Source: a virus (lineage: Duplodnaviria; Caudoviricetes). Taken from it: DNA of 64,000 bases. Below, in pieces: positions 11,377-26,400 of this stretch. Both the position numbers and the translations under genes were made by a program. The stretch is from positions 19,477 through 83,476 of IMG/VR virus record IMGVR_UViG_3300021256_000087; one strand, 5' to 3'. Positions within the stretch are counted from its first letter, which is position 1; each line of letters begins with the position of its first letter. Below the pieces are notes generated by a model. That model searched no databases, was not told where the DNA came from, and saw nothing but the letters and a program-made list of their open reading frames with translations.

Positions 11377-11404
11377 GTGGGACGGAATTTGACCTCCGCC
11401 CCAC
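11377..11404 (-). terminator. intrinsic terminator after the tape measure gene
   Basis: Minus strand GTGGGGCGGA-GGTCAAAT-TCCGTCCCAC followed by TGTTTCTATTT. Confidence 0.6.
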
Positions 11405-11411
11405 CTAATTA

Positions 11412-14400
11412 TTAGATAGAGTATTTACTCAATTTGCTTTTTCCTAAAGCAGTACCTATAGTTATATTCTGAACCAGCTTTTCGAATTGAGGATCCTTCT
11501 TTGCCTTATTAACAAAGTCTTCGTAACTTGTTACATTGGGCAGTGAGAAGGATACATTCATTCCATTAATTGTGGTTCCAGAAGTAATATTACTTAACGT
11601 ATTAGCTGGCAGTGTCGCCAGAGGTTGCATCATCTTAAAGATACTTTGCATCTGCTTTATACGCTCAAGGCTAAGTACTTCTTCACCGGTACGGGCGAGA
11701 ATAATACCATCCTCTCCAGTACGCTTAATAGCAGATCCAATTGTACCGCCCTTAGCATAAGCTGCATTTTTTAAAGTATTAGCTTCTTTTATAGCTGCCA
11801 CTGCTTGAGCATGGTAAAATTGTACGTTCGCCAAATAACCTTGCCATTTATCATATACAGCTTGTTTATTTGCTCCGCTCAAAGCAGGAGGTAATGACTT
11901 ATATTTTTTCTCTTCTGATTTTGCCAATTGTCTGTATTGTTTTTCTAATTCAATATATTTCTGATACTGCTCTTCGAGTTCTTGTATTTTTCTAATATTA
12001 ACAGATTTTTTAGATTTTTCTTCTCCTTCGGAAGGGTCTTCTCCTTGTATTCCATCAGTCGTGACCTGAGGAGAATTATTTGTTCCGTTATTGGATCCAT
12101 TATTATTCCCATTATTTTGTCCGAGCTGAGCAATCTGATTTGCAATCTGTGCTGCTTGATTTGCAGAAGAAGTAGCCACTGCATTTGCAAGCGCACTAAG
12201 AGCATTCAGTTGATTCTGAGCGTTGACATTAGCATCGGTGTGCATACCTTCAATCACAGCCTTCACCGCATCAACAGCTCCAACAGCATCGCTAATCTTC
12301 ATATCGAAATTAATTCCGAAAGAAGTGTTCTCAAGATCGTACGGAAATTCATCGAGCTCCTGTTGAATACTTTGTTTTATTGTCTCACCACTTGCAGCGG
12401 TCTGGTCAATAGCTTGTGCCACCAGTTTATCGAGATTATCAAGACGATCATCTATGAGTTTCTCAAACGCCTCATACATGTTATCCATCATTTCTTCTTG
12501 ATCAGAAAGCCACTTATCATACTCTGTTTGCTGTAAGTCTTCTTCTGCCTTCTTAAGGTCGTCGGCAAGCTGTTGTAAACGAGCACGATTCTCTTCGGAA
12601 TTATCTCCTCCAAGCGCCGCTAACTGTTGCTGATAATTTGTTATAGCTTCAGTTTGCTCTCTGACATTTCTCTCATAATCATAAAGATTCTTTTCAGCCT
12701 CTAAAGCTTTCTTACGGTAGTCTATAGACTTCTGTAAATAATCAAGGAATGTCTCGTACCCTTGTTTAATTAAATCTCTGATGGCTTGCTTTTCAGAAGA
12801 GATACCTTTGATAATATCTCTCCACTGATCTATAAGTTCGTTGCGCCTGTCAAGCAACTTCTTATTGTTAGGATCTTTCACAAGATCAGCATTAATCTTT
12901 TCTATCTCTTCGGCATAATCCTTGGCTTGCTCGGTAAGGGTCTGATAACTATTAACGTGCAAACCTTGGACAGAAAGAGCGGCGTCACTCATATTGCCGT
13001 TTGCATATAAGTTCTCGCCGATAAGAGCGTTCTTCTCGAACATCATAGCCTCATCCTGAAGGATGTCGATAAGGAACTCATTCTCTTCAGTAAGGCGACT
13101 AACCGAATCTTGAATGTAATCAAACTTATCCCATTCAAGTTGTCTAATCTGATCATTATAACCAGCGATATTAGATTGAAGTTCTAAGACTTGATCGTTG
13201 ACATTTTGAAGACTATCATACATTCCCCACCACTGTTCGGAACCATACTCAATGTCACCATTGGATACGGCCTCATCAATAGATGCGGCGAGTTGTTGTG
13301 CTTCATCTTGAAGTTGACCAAGCTTATCTTCAGCACCCGCTCTAAGCTGTTCGATTAAAAGCGTAGATTCAAAATATCCTTCTGATTCTATTGTACTCTG
13401 TATATGACCAATACGTGTTGCAGCATGGTCAATGCTGAGCGCCATCTCTTCGAACTGCTTAGTAATGTAATCAAATCTAGTTTGTGCGAGCTGAGCAATC
13501 TCCCCACGCAAATCTTCAACAGCATCTGCGGCATCAGTGGATTTATCATAATATTCTTGGAAGTCACTAATTTGCTCTTTGAGTTTTTCGTCAGTAACAG
13601 TTTCAATATCCATAAGGCCATTCATAACTTTACTACGATACTCAGCACTTAATCCAATTGCATTAGCCTCTGCCATATAGGCCTGTGCGGCTTGCTCTTG
13701 GAGAGCGATTTCTTCCTTGAGTTTCTGATATTTGCCTGATGTAAATTTATCGTAATCAGCATAAATAGCTTCTTGCTGAAGATGTAATCTTTCAGCATAA
13801 TCATCCGCTTCTTCAAGGGTGTCAAATATACCTAAGTATTCACCGGTGTTATGATATCTATCAAGTGCCTCATCACTGGTCATCTCATATGGATTACCAA
13901 GCTCGTCCCAGTCAATGGTTGGAACTAAAACAAATTTACCATCCTCTTCAAAGGATTCACTTAATACAGTTTCTACCCAAGATTCACCGTTTTCTTCTTG
14001 CCAAAGCTGAGGTCTATTATACAGATCAATATTGCCACGACCAAACTGACCAATCTCGTCATGGAACTCTTCGGTCTTACCCATAAGGGCGTCAATTCTA
14101 TCGCCCCACTTCTTATATGTTGCATCGGCAACCTTACCGAGATTAGTGACAGCACGCTGGATTTTCTTAATCGCGCGCTCAATCCAGTCGAACTTCTGCT
14201 TAGAGTCACCGGACTTGTCATTATCGACCATGGTATTGGCATCCCATTTTACATCAGGTTTCCAATCCACCTCGACACTACTAATTGCGTTTGCAACTTC
14301 ATCTCTAAGTTCATTGGCTTCCTTTAAATATTGAGAAGCAGTATATGAACCGGATCCTAAATTTTGAGCAACATGTTCAAGATAATCGGCTCTTGCAAGT

Positions 14401-17400
14401 TTTTCTTCTGCCTTTGCAAGTTCAAGAGTTCCAACGGTAGCTATTCCAAGAGACTTATACAATTTGATGAGATTATTGACATCTTCCTTAGTCTCAATTG
14501 TAATACTATTTGCAAGTATTCTTCCCTTATAATAGTTTAATAAAGCTTCATTACTGAGAATAAGTTGTATTTGCTCTTCGGTTAAATCACCAATTTCAGC
14601 GTCAATATCTATCTCGTTTTTGTTAGCCTCTTCTTTTGCAGCAGCATAAGTTTCTGCACTATATCCTAATCTTGAGAAAAGAACATCCGCTGCATTCGTT
14701 ACACCCATTTCGGTTAATGTCTTCTGAACAAAAAGTGCAGTTTCTCCTGACGCTTGCCCAAGAGCAGGATTTAAACTATCTACAAGTGTAGTAGCCAATC
14801 CATTAAATGCATCATGAGCTTCTTTCTCTGTAGTTGTCGCATCTGATAATGTAAGAATGAAATCATTAATCTGATCTGTAGAGAAGCCTTCAAGACCTTT
14901 TTCTTTCAAATCATTATTTAATGATTCTACTTGGCTTCTGACACTTTCTAACTGTTCAGACGTTACCTTAGATATATTAAATCCGGAATCGCTCCAAATA
15001 GCTTTGTACGCAGTAGCCATAGCATCAAACATAGGCTTATACTGAGCTTCCATGTTTTTAAGCATGGTGGATGCGTCAGATGTTTTCTCTAAGCCGGATG
15101 TTTCAAGCTTATACATGGCGACCGCCTCAGCAGCCGACGTAGCTTGTTCTGCTATATTTTTCCATATTGTAAGTTCTTCATCTGTACCTATTCCTAAGGC
15201 ATCGAAAGAAGATCCTAACATACCAAATCTACTTGCGGCAGCATCACGATAACTTTGATAATCGTCTTCAAATGTAAGTTGATTATTTTCTTTGAAAAGT
15301 CCTTGACTATAAAGCCTATCAAGAGCTTGAGTATAATCTACTCCCATGGCGTCGAAGGTATCTTTGAGGAGCTTAAGCCATCCTTGTTGATCATTTGAGA
15401 ATCCTGACAGATCTCCTCCTGTGAGATAATTTAATATTTGAGTTTTACTCAAACCACTATCTCCAAGCCACTTTCCAACGGCTTCCGCTCTGTCACCTAA
15501 ATTAGCGCCATTTTCAGTTTGTTTATTCCAATACTCATCGAGATGCGCATTCTCAATCTCGTCGGCATATGTTTTAAAGAATGATCTTAACCATTTCTTT
15601 GCGCCCTCATCATTAGCATCAGACGCAATTTCCCACATTGTCATGAGATTATCTTTAAGAGCTCTTTCTGTTTCTTCTGTGGGATTCTGAAGATTCTCAT
15701 AGTATGAGTTCATCAAGGATTCATACTCAGAGTAGTGTTCTTTAGCCATTCTGTCTTGGGCCGCAATTAACCACTCATCAAGATATTCCTCTTCATCTTT
15801 GCTCATTTGATCAAGAGCGCGCTGAATAAAATCAGAAGCTGCATCGGTACCTATCCGGCCTTCATATTCTTCTCTGCCCAATTCCATTTGAGCTTGAGTA
15901 AGCATTGTTTTGAGTTCATCATAATTAGCGGCTTCAAAATCTATCATACCCAATCGCATGGTTTGTAGATTATTATTTTTTAACACCTCTTTAGGTAGGA
16001 TATCTTTTAAAACATTAAGGGCTAATTCTGCAGATACGGTATTTGTAAATATACCTAAATTAGACCCAGTTCTACCATTAAAGACGCCTTCGGCAGTAGA
16101 GGCTCTATCGCTTCCAGACCCAATTGAACGCCAGTTAAAAGTTGATTCAGATTTTCTAGCAGCTTCTCTATTCTTGAGTATTTGATTCTCAATTAGCAGT
16201 TGGTTTTGTTCTTTTAGATCGCTATTTGCGTTCTGAATTACAGTACTATAATTTCCATATGTCTCATTAAGTTCTTGTTGAATAGTTATTAATTCGTTCT
16301 TAGCATCTCTGATCTGCTCAGTGGTTGAATTCTCATCTCTAAGAACTCTATTAGCTTCCCCTATACGCTTAGCATAATCATCAAGAGATTTATTTGATTT
16401 GGCTGTTTCTTTGGCAAACTCTTTTGAGGCCTGTTGTGCTTCTTGATATTTCTTAATCGCGTAATTTATCGCTGTGACGACGGCTGTAATTCCTATGGTT
16501 ACAATTAATCCTTTTATCGCCGGCTGTAAATCTTTCTTGGCAGATTCGCTTAAAGCATTTTGTGCGTTTTCTAATTTTCTTTCACTATCCGTTAATTTAT
16601 CGGTTGCACCAGCTAACGTATTCCAAGCCTCATCCGCATTATCAAATGTTTCCTTTAAATTTTCAGCATCAATATCAGTATCTTGGAAAACTTGATCAAG
16701 ATCCTTAAAATTTTCTAAGGCTGATGTGTAATCAACTTTATCTAAATCATATTGCTGCTGAGCATAATTAGCATTTTGTCTAATCTGGAAATATCTTTGT
16801 ATTCCACCATTACTTCCCACTAACCCAATTCCAGCACCGGCGGTAAGAGTGGGTAATAATCCGACTTTACCAACTATTTCAGTTAATACATTTAACAATT
16901 CCGTTAACGCACTTATTGCATTTTTAACAGCATCTGTGTCAATAAACTCTTGCCAGAAATTCTCACCGGCAGTTTGAAGCTGAGTCATACGTCCCTGAAT
17001 TGAATCAACTATGTGCGCATTTTCCTCCATAGCAGATCCTTCAGATTCTTCAATGGATTTAAGAACATTATCAATCTGCTTGTAGTTCTGCAGCATTGCA
17101 GCAAGAGCGTTTGATCTATTCTTACCAGCAAGTTTTTCAAGCATCGCGGTACGATCGATATCTGACATTTCATCATAGACCTTACCGATACCTTTAATAA
17201 TATCCGCAAGAGACTTAAAGGTATCTTCATCTTCCATGATGTCAAAGCCTTCGTACTTCCCATTTATGCTAGTATAACCCTTGATAAGCTCTCTAAGTTT
17301 AGATGTAGATTTTACAACATAATCTGTTTCCTCGCCCATTTCCTCAAGTTCGGAAGATGCGCCTCTAATACGGAGAGCGATAGTTCTAAGTGCAGTACCA

Positions 17401-20400
17401 GTCTTTTCAGGATCCTGAAGGATTTCATTACCGGCAGTAATAAGAGCGATAGATTCATTAAATGAAGTATTAGATGCCGCAAGTACCGAAGCGGAACGCT
17501 GCATTGCATCTCCAATATCAGTAGCGGAGAGAGCAAAGTGGTTACCTATTTCGTTATACTTATCTACGATTGACATTGCGTCATCAGCCGTAATATTGAA
17601 CGCTTTCATGGCGGTGATCATCATATCGGTAGCACCCTTGATATCAACACCGTCTCCAACATTTACAAATACACGTGCGTCCTTTGCTAACTCTGTAGCC
17701 TCTTTAATAGAGTATCCTAAGCGGCTCCAGTCTGCAGCCGACTGTATTAAATCAGCATTTGTTGAAGCAACATCGACAGCTGTTGAACGAATTGTATCTC
17801 TAAATTCTGAGTATTCTTTCTCAGTAGCATCAGTAACTTTACGAAGTTCGACCATTGCGGTGTCGAGCTCTTTTATGGTATTAACACCGGTACGAACATA
17901 ACGAATAATATCGTACAGTGAAAAATATCTAGCAATTTGAGCAGTAAACTGTGCCTTTAAACTCTTACCAATTCTAGTAAAAGCATCTACACCATATACG
18001 CCTAATTGCTTGTATTTTGAGCCAAGATCCATAACCTCGGCTTTTATATTATCATATCTTTCTCTATTAATACCTTCAACAACTTCATCGGCCTTTTTGC
18101 CTTCTACTCTTAATAATTGTAATTCATTTACTAAATTATAAATTCTACTTCTATCGTCTGCTGAAACACCTCGTCCTCGTGTGTTGTTTTGTAGTTCGAT
18201 AGCATCATTTAATAATTTAGAAACTTGGGAAGCTTTAACCGTAACATTTTGATCACTCTGTGCTTCTATGAATCTCTTTCTGTAATCTTCAAGACTTCTA
18301 TAAGCTTTTCTGATGATCGCCTCAGCACCTTCTCCGGCATTTTCTATATTTAATAATTGTCTTATTAATTCTTTAGCTTGAGCCGATTCTTCGTCAACCG
18401 TATTCTCAAATGCTTTTGTATATCCAAATCCTTGTTGCCTTTTTCGAACCATTGAGTTCGAAATATCTTTTTGGATCTTTCCGATTTGTCTGGCAAGATT
18501 AGCCCCGACCTCTTGATATTCGCTGTTAGATCCTAATATGCTTTCAACAAATTCACTACCAACATCTTTGCCACGAGCATATTCTCTAATAGCATTATAT
18601 GCCACATTTAATTTTGACGTAAGATTATCAATATATCCTTCATCAGCATCGGTATCAAATTTAGCTTCAGCAATAAGTTTACGAAGATTATACGTTCTTT
18701 GATATTGCGTATTTATCTCTTTAATGTTTTCAATAGTAGAAGAAAGTTCATCACCTTCTTGTACTAATTTAGCATAATCTTCGGCGCTTCTAATATCACC
18801 GGCTTTAAAATCCTGCAACCTTCCAATATGTTCATTCATTCGGACGTTTATAGAATTGATAGTCCCCAAAACGTCATCTCCGATACTATCGCGTATTGCA
18901 GCATTCATAAGAGACCGGAGTTCTTCGATGCGTCTATCAATCACGCCAGTGTCTACAATTTTGACACGGCTACTTGCATTAGTAGATTGCTTGACAAGAT
19001 CTTTAGCATTATCTATGTATTGCTGTCCATCTGCTAATGCCTCTTCTACTATAGAAGTATCAGATTCGCCAAATAATACATTTTCTAATCGCTCGACAAT
19101 ACGATCCCTCGCTTCGATAATATTGCGTGCGTTGCCCATAAACTCTTCGGAATATATTATGCCTTTATCAGTGTTGTTTTTGATATTATCAACAAGTTTA
19201 TCTCCATTTTCCTCTATATCTTTTAATATTTTTTCAGCAACAACACGATTGGCTTCTGCGGTAATTTTGTCCAGTTCTATATTTTTCTCTTCATCGGTCG
19301 TTAATCTTGAACCTTCAACATAGGTGCTGAACAGCTTATTAAAACTATCTTTCTGTTTTGAAATACCACGATTATCTCCGGAAAGTCTCTTAGTTTGAAT
19401 CTTTGCTTGTAATTCTACAAGGTTATTGTACGCTGTAAGTTTACCGGCATCTAAACTATTTTTGGCAACTAGCTTTGAATACCTATCATTAAACCTACGC
19501 CACTCTTTAAGATCCGCTCTGTTTGTTGGATTATCATAATTAATTAAATCTTGTTTTAATTTCTTTAAACCCTCGATATCTCGATTTTCTCCGGATCTTA
19601 TAATAATCCTATCAATTTTATTTAAGAACTCAACTACCTGATCGTGAGTGATAGCTTTCCGTTCCTCAGCCCCTTCACTATTTTTCGCATCAGCATTAAT
19701 ACTATCCGCCTGAACGTTCACGACATTTGTCTTTAATACTTCTGTATGATTAGTATCAACTATTGTGACATGAGGAGAACTAATTACTATTCCTTCCTCT
19801 GTGCCAACAATTTTAGGTTCAGTCTTAGGTTCATTGGTATCGGATTTCTTTATTGATTTTCTTTCTTTAGGAGGTTCTTTCGGAGGTTCCTGAGACGTTT
19901 TAGGCTTTTGCTCAGACTCGGCTTTATTCTTAAATTTATTATCAGTATATTCTTTACCAAAAGTCCTTCTTATTGCAAGTTTGAATTCATCAATGGCTCT
20001 CGCCGCCGTACTAACTTTAGGAACTATACTATTCCACAAATCCAATTCTTGGGCGTTACTTATCTTTAATGAATCGAATTGTTTCTCTGTCATTAAACCG
20101 GAATCAATAGCTTTTTTACGAGCAATAGGAAGCTGAGACTCCAGATATAAGGACTCTATTGCAGAGTCAAAATTCGTCTTTAATTTATCTAAATTTTTCT
20201 GAGCAGCGTTATAATCATCTTCTTCTGCTTTGAATGGATTATGTATCGATTTCATAACATCAGTAAAGATGGTGATTGCCTCACGTATATCAGTCAATAA
20301 AGATACTTCCTTGGCGTCTCCCTTAGGATCAGGTTCCCCTTCTTTTGCCTTCGCTATATTTTTAGCTAATGCGTTATAAGAGATCCATTCAGAAAGTTTT

Positions 20401-23400
20401 CCTTTTTCGTCTAATCTAGAAACACTAACATCTCCGCCATATTTTGATAATATTCGCGACATAGTGGTATTAATGATATCAGACTGTACAGACTCCAAAT
20501 TGTCCTCAAAATGCCAAACCATCCTACCTTCTTCATCTTTGTCGATGCTATCTTTGAATCCCGCATCTCGCAGAGCTTTAATGATTTCACTTGACATTTC
20601 ATCAAATAATTGAGAATGTGTGATTTTAGACCAATCAATATTACTATAATCCATTTTGAGAAGTGTATCACCATGTCCTAAATACTCAATTTTAGATTTT
20701 CTCTTGCTAGCAGCATAAAGATCTGCATAGCTTGGAGCTAAATCGTCAGAAGATCCCCATGGATGCGTATGAAAATATATGCCAGACTTGGAATAAGGGA
20801 CAACAACAGAGGTTTCGTCTCCTACTACAGCTTCCCCACCGAAACCAAATTCATTATCAACATGACCAAATGTTTTCAGCATATCAATAATTATGGCAAG
20901 CTCATCTTTATACTCACCATTTACCATTCGAGTATTTATCTGACCCACCATAGCAAACATTTGATCTCTACTCATACCTTCAGGTTTTACTGAAAAATCA
21001 GTTTTATCCCGCAAATTTTTAGGATCAACAGCGTAATGATTTATCTTGTCCTCCAACAAATCCATAGACTTACGAAGCTCTAGATATTCCGCACTTAATT
21101 GTTTTTTTTCTTCAATTAATTTAAGTTCTTCATTGTGTTTTAATTTAGTGAAATCTTTTACCTCATTAAGTTGCGTGTTTAATCTATCTCGATCTTTTAC
21201 CGCAATATAATCGTCTCTCTTTGTAATTAGATTATTTCTTTCTCGTTCTAATTTAGATACTTCTTTTTTATCGCGAGTATTATTCTCATCAGAAAGATAT
21301 TCATTTATCTCGTTTATTCTATTTACTAATGTCCTATAATCCTCTGGCGTTATTGCCCGAAGAGATGCTATATATTTTTTAGAAAATTTGCTTAACTTTT
21401 GATCTAAACTTTTTATTCTCTGAGGATTCTCATCGGCAATTTTGGCTTTTGCAAAATATTGATCTATCTCAGACATTCTACCCGATAATTTAGATAATTC
21501 TTCTTTTCCAGAAGCAAGGGTTTCCTTATCTTTCTCTATAATTTGATCAAGATAAGTTTTAATAAATTTCTGAACCAATGTCTTATCGAACGCAGTTACT
21601 TTATCGTATTGGTCTTCTGGCAAAGCCATTAATTTAGCCCAAGTTTCCTCATCATAAAGACCCGCTTCTTTAAGACGCGCAAGTTGAGTTTCTTTAACCG
21701 CTTTTTGGGCATTTTCATATTCAATCTTTTTTTGCTCTGTAATGGCTTCTTGAACTTCTATCTCTTCATGCAGCGCCTTGATTGAGTTCATTGTCTCTAA
21801 TTTCTTTTGTTCTTCAAGTTTCGCTGCTTGTTCTGCTTGTCTTGCCTTTTCTTTATCTCTTTGACGTTGACTTTCAGCTATTCTTTCTTCAGCTTCAACG
21901 ATCATATCTTCCCGAGTCTTTGGTTCAACGGAGCCCGACGAAGGTTCTTCCGGTTTTATAGGAACCATCGTAGTATTTCTACCAGATTGTTCATGCGCCC
22001 CTGCCATTGTTTGCTGGAATCTTCTATCCATGGTCGCAACAATATCTTGAACATTGGTAAAATGCTTAAAGTCTATTTTACGATTAGGATCTATCTGAGT
22101 AACGTTTGCCAAAGTATTGTACTCTTTAAGGAAGCGTTGATGGTACACCCAATATGCATATAAATATTTACGCTCTTTTTCCATAGCGTCCATTTTTGCA
22201 GCTATTTCTTCTTCTGTGTTCTCCGACATCGAAGCTGCGTCCAACGGAATCTCTCCTATAAGTTTCTTTTTATATGCTCCTGCTTTATAACCATCAGGCA
22301 ATTCGGCTTTTAATCGGTCTAATTCTTCTCTCCACGCTTGATCTTGTTCTGCATAATATAATTGTATTTCATTGAATTTATCAAATGGAATACCGTATGT
22401 ATTTTCACTATAAGATATTCTTTCTTTTTTTCTGCTAAATGTTTTCTGAAGAAATAATTCTCGTTCCAGTGATTTCAAATATTCTTCGTCTGGGTCATCC
22501 ATTCCTCTTACGGTCTCAATTTCGAGAGCTAATTGTGTAATCCTATCATTTTGATTTTTAATAATATTTCCGACAGTACGACCCTGTAAATAAGAAGTCA
22601 TTCCCTTTGTTATATCTTTTTGCTGAGAAAGAGCTTTGACATAACCTTGGGTTTTTTCTAATTCTTTCTTTATTTCCCTAGCACGGGCTTTATTCTCTGC
22701 TAAATTATTATATTCATTTTGCAGCATCTCTCGCGCATTTGGAATAACCGCTCCTTCTTCAGCTGCTTCAGCCATATCTGCCTTTAACCCTTGGATTCTA
22801 TTTGAAATGTCATTGCTAGTATTAGCAGCCTTACGAAGAGCTTGCGAAAGATTTTGTTCTTTTATCTGAAGAGTCTCTAATAAAGAATCTGTAAAATCTG
22901 TTTGAACAGCATCTATAAATCTTTGCTCCTCAGGGGAAAGCTCTTCTCCGGCCAAATATTTCGTTAACATATCTCTTGTGGCTACCGCGTCTCGATAAAC
23001 CGGAGATTTTTCAGGGTCTCTTCCTGCCTCGGCCAAAGACTCTTCCATTTGTGTAATTTGATCTTGAACGTGATCCAATAATTGATTAACATTATCTTTT
23101 AATCCAGTATTAAAATCATCTCTTCTGTCATACATAACAGAGTGGGGAGTCTCGGTAGCATCGTCTATTTTTCGTAATTCTTCTCCATATTTATCCATTG
23201 CGAATCTACGTTGATCTATATCAGGATATACTCCTTGATACATTTCCTCAACGTCATTTGATTTTATATCGAGATCTATTGTACGTTTTAATTCTTGAGC
23301 CGTTTCCGTATTTTCTTTTATAGTTTCAGCAAGAGCCTCATTAGAATTTACAACCTTATCCTGACTATTTTCTTCGGCTTTAATTTCTTGGGCAACTTCT

Positions 23401-26400
23401 TGTATTTTAGCACCTGCATTATCTATATTTTCTACACCCTTAATCTCTTGCTCAGTTTCTTGTGTCTTTACAATTGTTTTTTTTGACTCTTTTTCCAGAG
23501 AAGCCTTTCGCGCTTCGTCTTCTTGTCTTCGTATTTCGGCAATACGTTCTTCCTCTTTTCTTCGCGCTGCTGCTTCGGCAACTCTTTCTTCTTCTAATTT
23601 TGCCGCCTCAGCATCTTCTTTCTCTTTAAGCCTTTGCTGCTCTTCGGTTAAAATTATAGAAGGAGAATTATTTAATTTATTTTGTTCGAGAACCCTAGCT
23701 CTAGATCCCTCGCGCTCAAGATCATCTTTTTCTCTTTGTTCAGCAAGTGTTTGCCGTAGTCTTTCTTTATCATTTTCTGTTGCGTTTTGTCTCCATTCTA
23801 GTACTTTTCTCCCCCATTCACTTCCTACGGTTTGTTGTCTCTGTTCTTTTTTTTCATCAGATTTTTGACTAGTATCCGAAGTGACAAAAATAGAGTCCTC
23901 AATTTTATCTAGTATATCTTTGGATATTTCTTTATTTATATCTACACCTAATTTATCTCTCTGATGTACTTCAGCTATTAATAATTTAAGATATTCGGTA
24001 TTTGCCTTAAAAAAGTCTGTAGCATCCGAATATTCTATTTTATCACTATCACCTACTGCAATATTGAAATGATCGTTTGTTCCAACAAGACCACTCATTA
24101 ATGATTTTATATAAGTACGAGGGGATTTAAAATTCTCTACTTTTTTATTACCATGTTCTTTTAATGCCAATGCTTTGAGATCGTTAATCACATCACCAGT
24201 AATATCTTTTTCTATTGACGCGGTTATATCATCCGCAAAAATTCTAGCTTTTTCAATCCATTTATGGTTGCTTTCATTATGCAAAACAGAGTTCCCGCTT
24301 TTAGGATCTACTATACCGAGAAAAGATACCCTCCTCGCGGCTTCTTTCCGATCCGCCTCTTTGTTATACGTTGCAGTAATCCCCTTCATGTCAGCCAAAG
24401 CTCTGAGTTTAAGCTTATCGTCATCAGATACCTCATCTCCAATGAAGAGTCTTTTTCGTATCTTATTCATCTCATTCAAGATTTTATCGTAATCCAGTTG
24501 TAATATTTCTTCTCCAAACTTGTAACCAGCCTCATAAAATTTATGGATAAAAGATTTAGGGTCTGCTAATTTCTCATCGAATTTTTTTTGTGCTGTTTCA
24601 TAATCTGTGTCCGTATTTACCGGTATTAATTTAACTTCATTTTTATGTTCCGAAATATTATGTAATACATCATCATTTCCGCTTATCTTATCCGCGGCTT
24701 CTAATATTTTTTCTGCAGCAGCGTTAATGTTAGCTGCAGCTTGCTCCATAGTGACAGACGAATCTTTATATCCAGAGAAAGCATCTCTAATATTGTCGTT
24801 TATCTCTTCGTTGGCTTTCCATACTTCGTTGGTTTTATCATCCACGAAATTATTTCCCCTAAGTGTTGCCGTGCTGAGTTTACCTCCAAATTCAGCCAGA
24901 ACATCTTCAACAGCATTTCTCACCGCAGAAGAAATAGCCTTATCTTTTCCTCTAACAGTTTCAAATTCAGTGGTTCCAGTCCGTTCATCTTTTATAATAC
25001 GGCCACCATTTGCAACCGCCGATTTAAAGATTCTGTCGATAATTTTATTTTCTAATTCATCAGGGGATATTTTGCTCCAATCAATTCCACCGAAATCCAT
25101 TTTTAACAAACGTTCTCCGTGTGCTATATACGCTTCTTTAAGATGAGCTTCTCCCGTGAGCATTAAATCATTTCTGATATGACTCATATAGCTACGGATA
25201 TCTTGAGCACTGGGCGCAAATGCGTCATACCCGAGTAACGGATGAGTGTGAAAATTTACTCCCAATCTTTTATTGGAAATCCTAATTTGATCCTCTTCTC
25301 CTTTGATTATTTCTTTACCATTAAATCCAAATTCGGACACCATTTCGTCCTTAAAATTTTTAACAATATCTTTAATAATCTCAAAATAATCACCGACCTC
25401 ACCGAGATCTTTATTCATAGATTTAACAGTCTGAGATAATTTCAAATTTTTTACTTCCTTTTCAGGATCAGCCATAAAATCTAGATTAAGACTATGGAAC
25501 TTAGACACAACATCATCTACTTCTTTTATCTTATCTCTTATGAGCTTTTCGATGTCTTCTCCGTAACCGCCATACTTTGTAGTTCTATCTCCAATATAGC
25601 TCATAATGTGATCCTTAACTTTAGCGTATAACCCTTTTCTAGGATCTTTTGCTGTTTTTTCTTCTATGCCAGCTCTTAAAAGAGTGCCCATTATAGCTTC
25701 AATTTCACCATCGGTAATTTTATCTTTTTCGTAATCCCTTCCTTCTCGGCCCAGATATTTGTCAAGATTACCGATCAAAAAATTCAAAACGTCTCGATCA
25801 GTTTTTTTGTTATTTCGAGCATCTTTCGCGGCGAGAGCATATCTTTTTAAATTTATGTTTTTAGCTGCCTTAACAGATTTAAATATTTCTGCGTCGTCAG
25901 AAAACAAAGACCCAATATCTAATTGATTCACTTTAGAAGCGAACTCGTCTAGATTATTTTTTACAGATTTCAATTCATCAAAATAATCAAAAGAAGTTGA
26001 AAAGCCTTTCAATAAATCTTTATATAGTCCTTTCCAATTTGAATTAAATCGCTCAGCTATAAAAGCTTTTTTAAAAGTACGCTCTATTGCTGAAAGATCT
26101 TCTTCAGAAAGCGTATTCTTATCTTTAACGAGATCTTCTAAATACTTATCAAGATCGACATAAAAATTAGCATGTGACTTTGTGCGATTTTTTTTTAAGT
26201 CTTCTATTATAGAACTATCAATCAAAGGCTCTTCTGTGTAGTTCCTTTTGCTTTTATTATTTTTCTTTGCAGGAGAACTCTTTTGAGGAACAACCTCTTC
26301 TACAACTTGAACTTTTTTTACTACCGGCTCTTCTTCCATTTTTTCTATATATTTCTGAATAGCCCGTACTTCTTTTTCGAAATTCTTTTTATTAAGTTTT

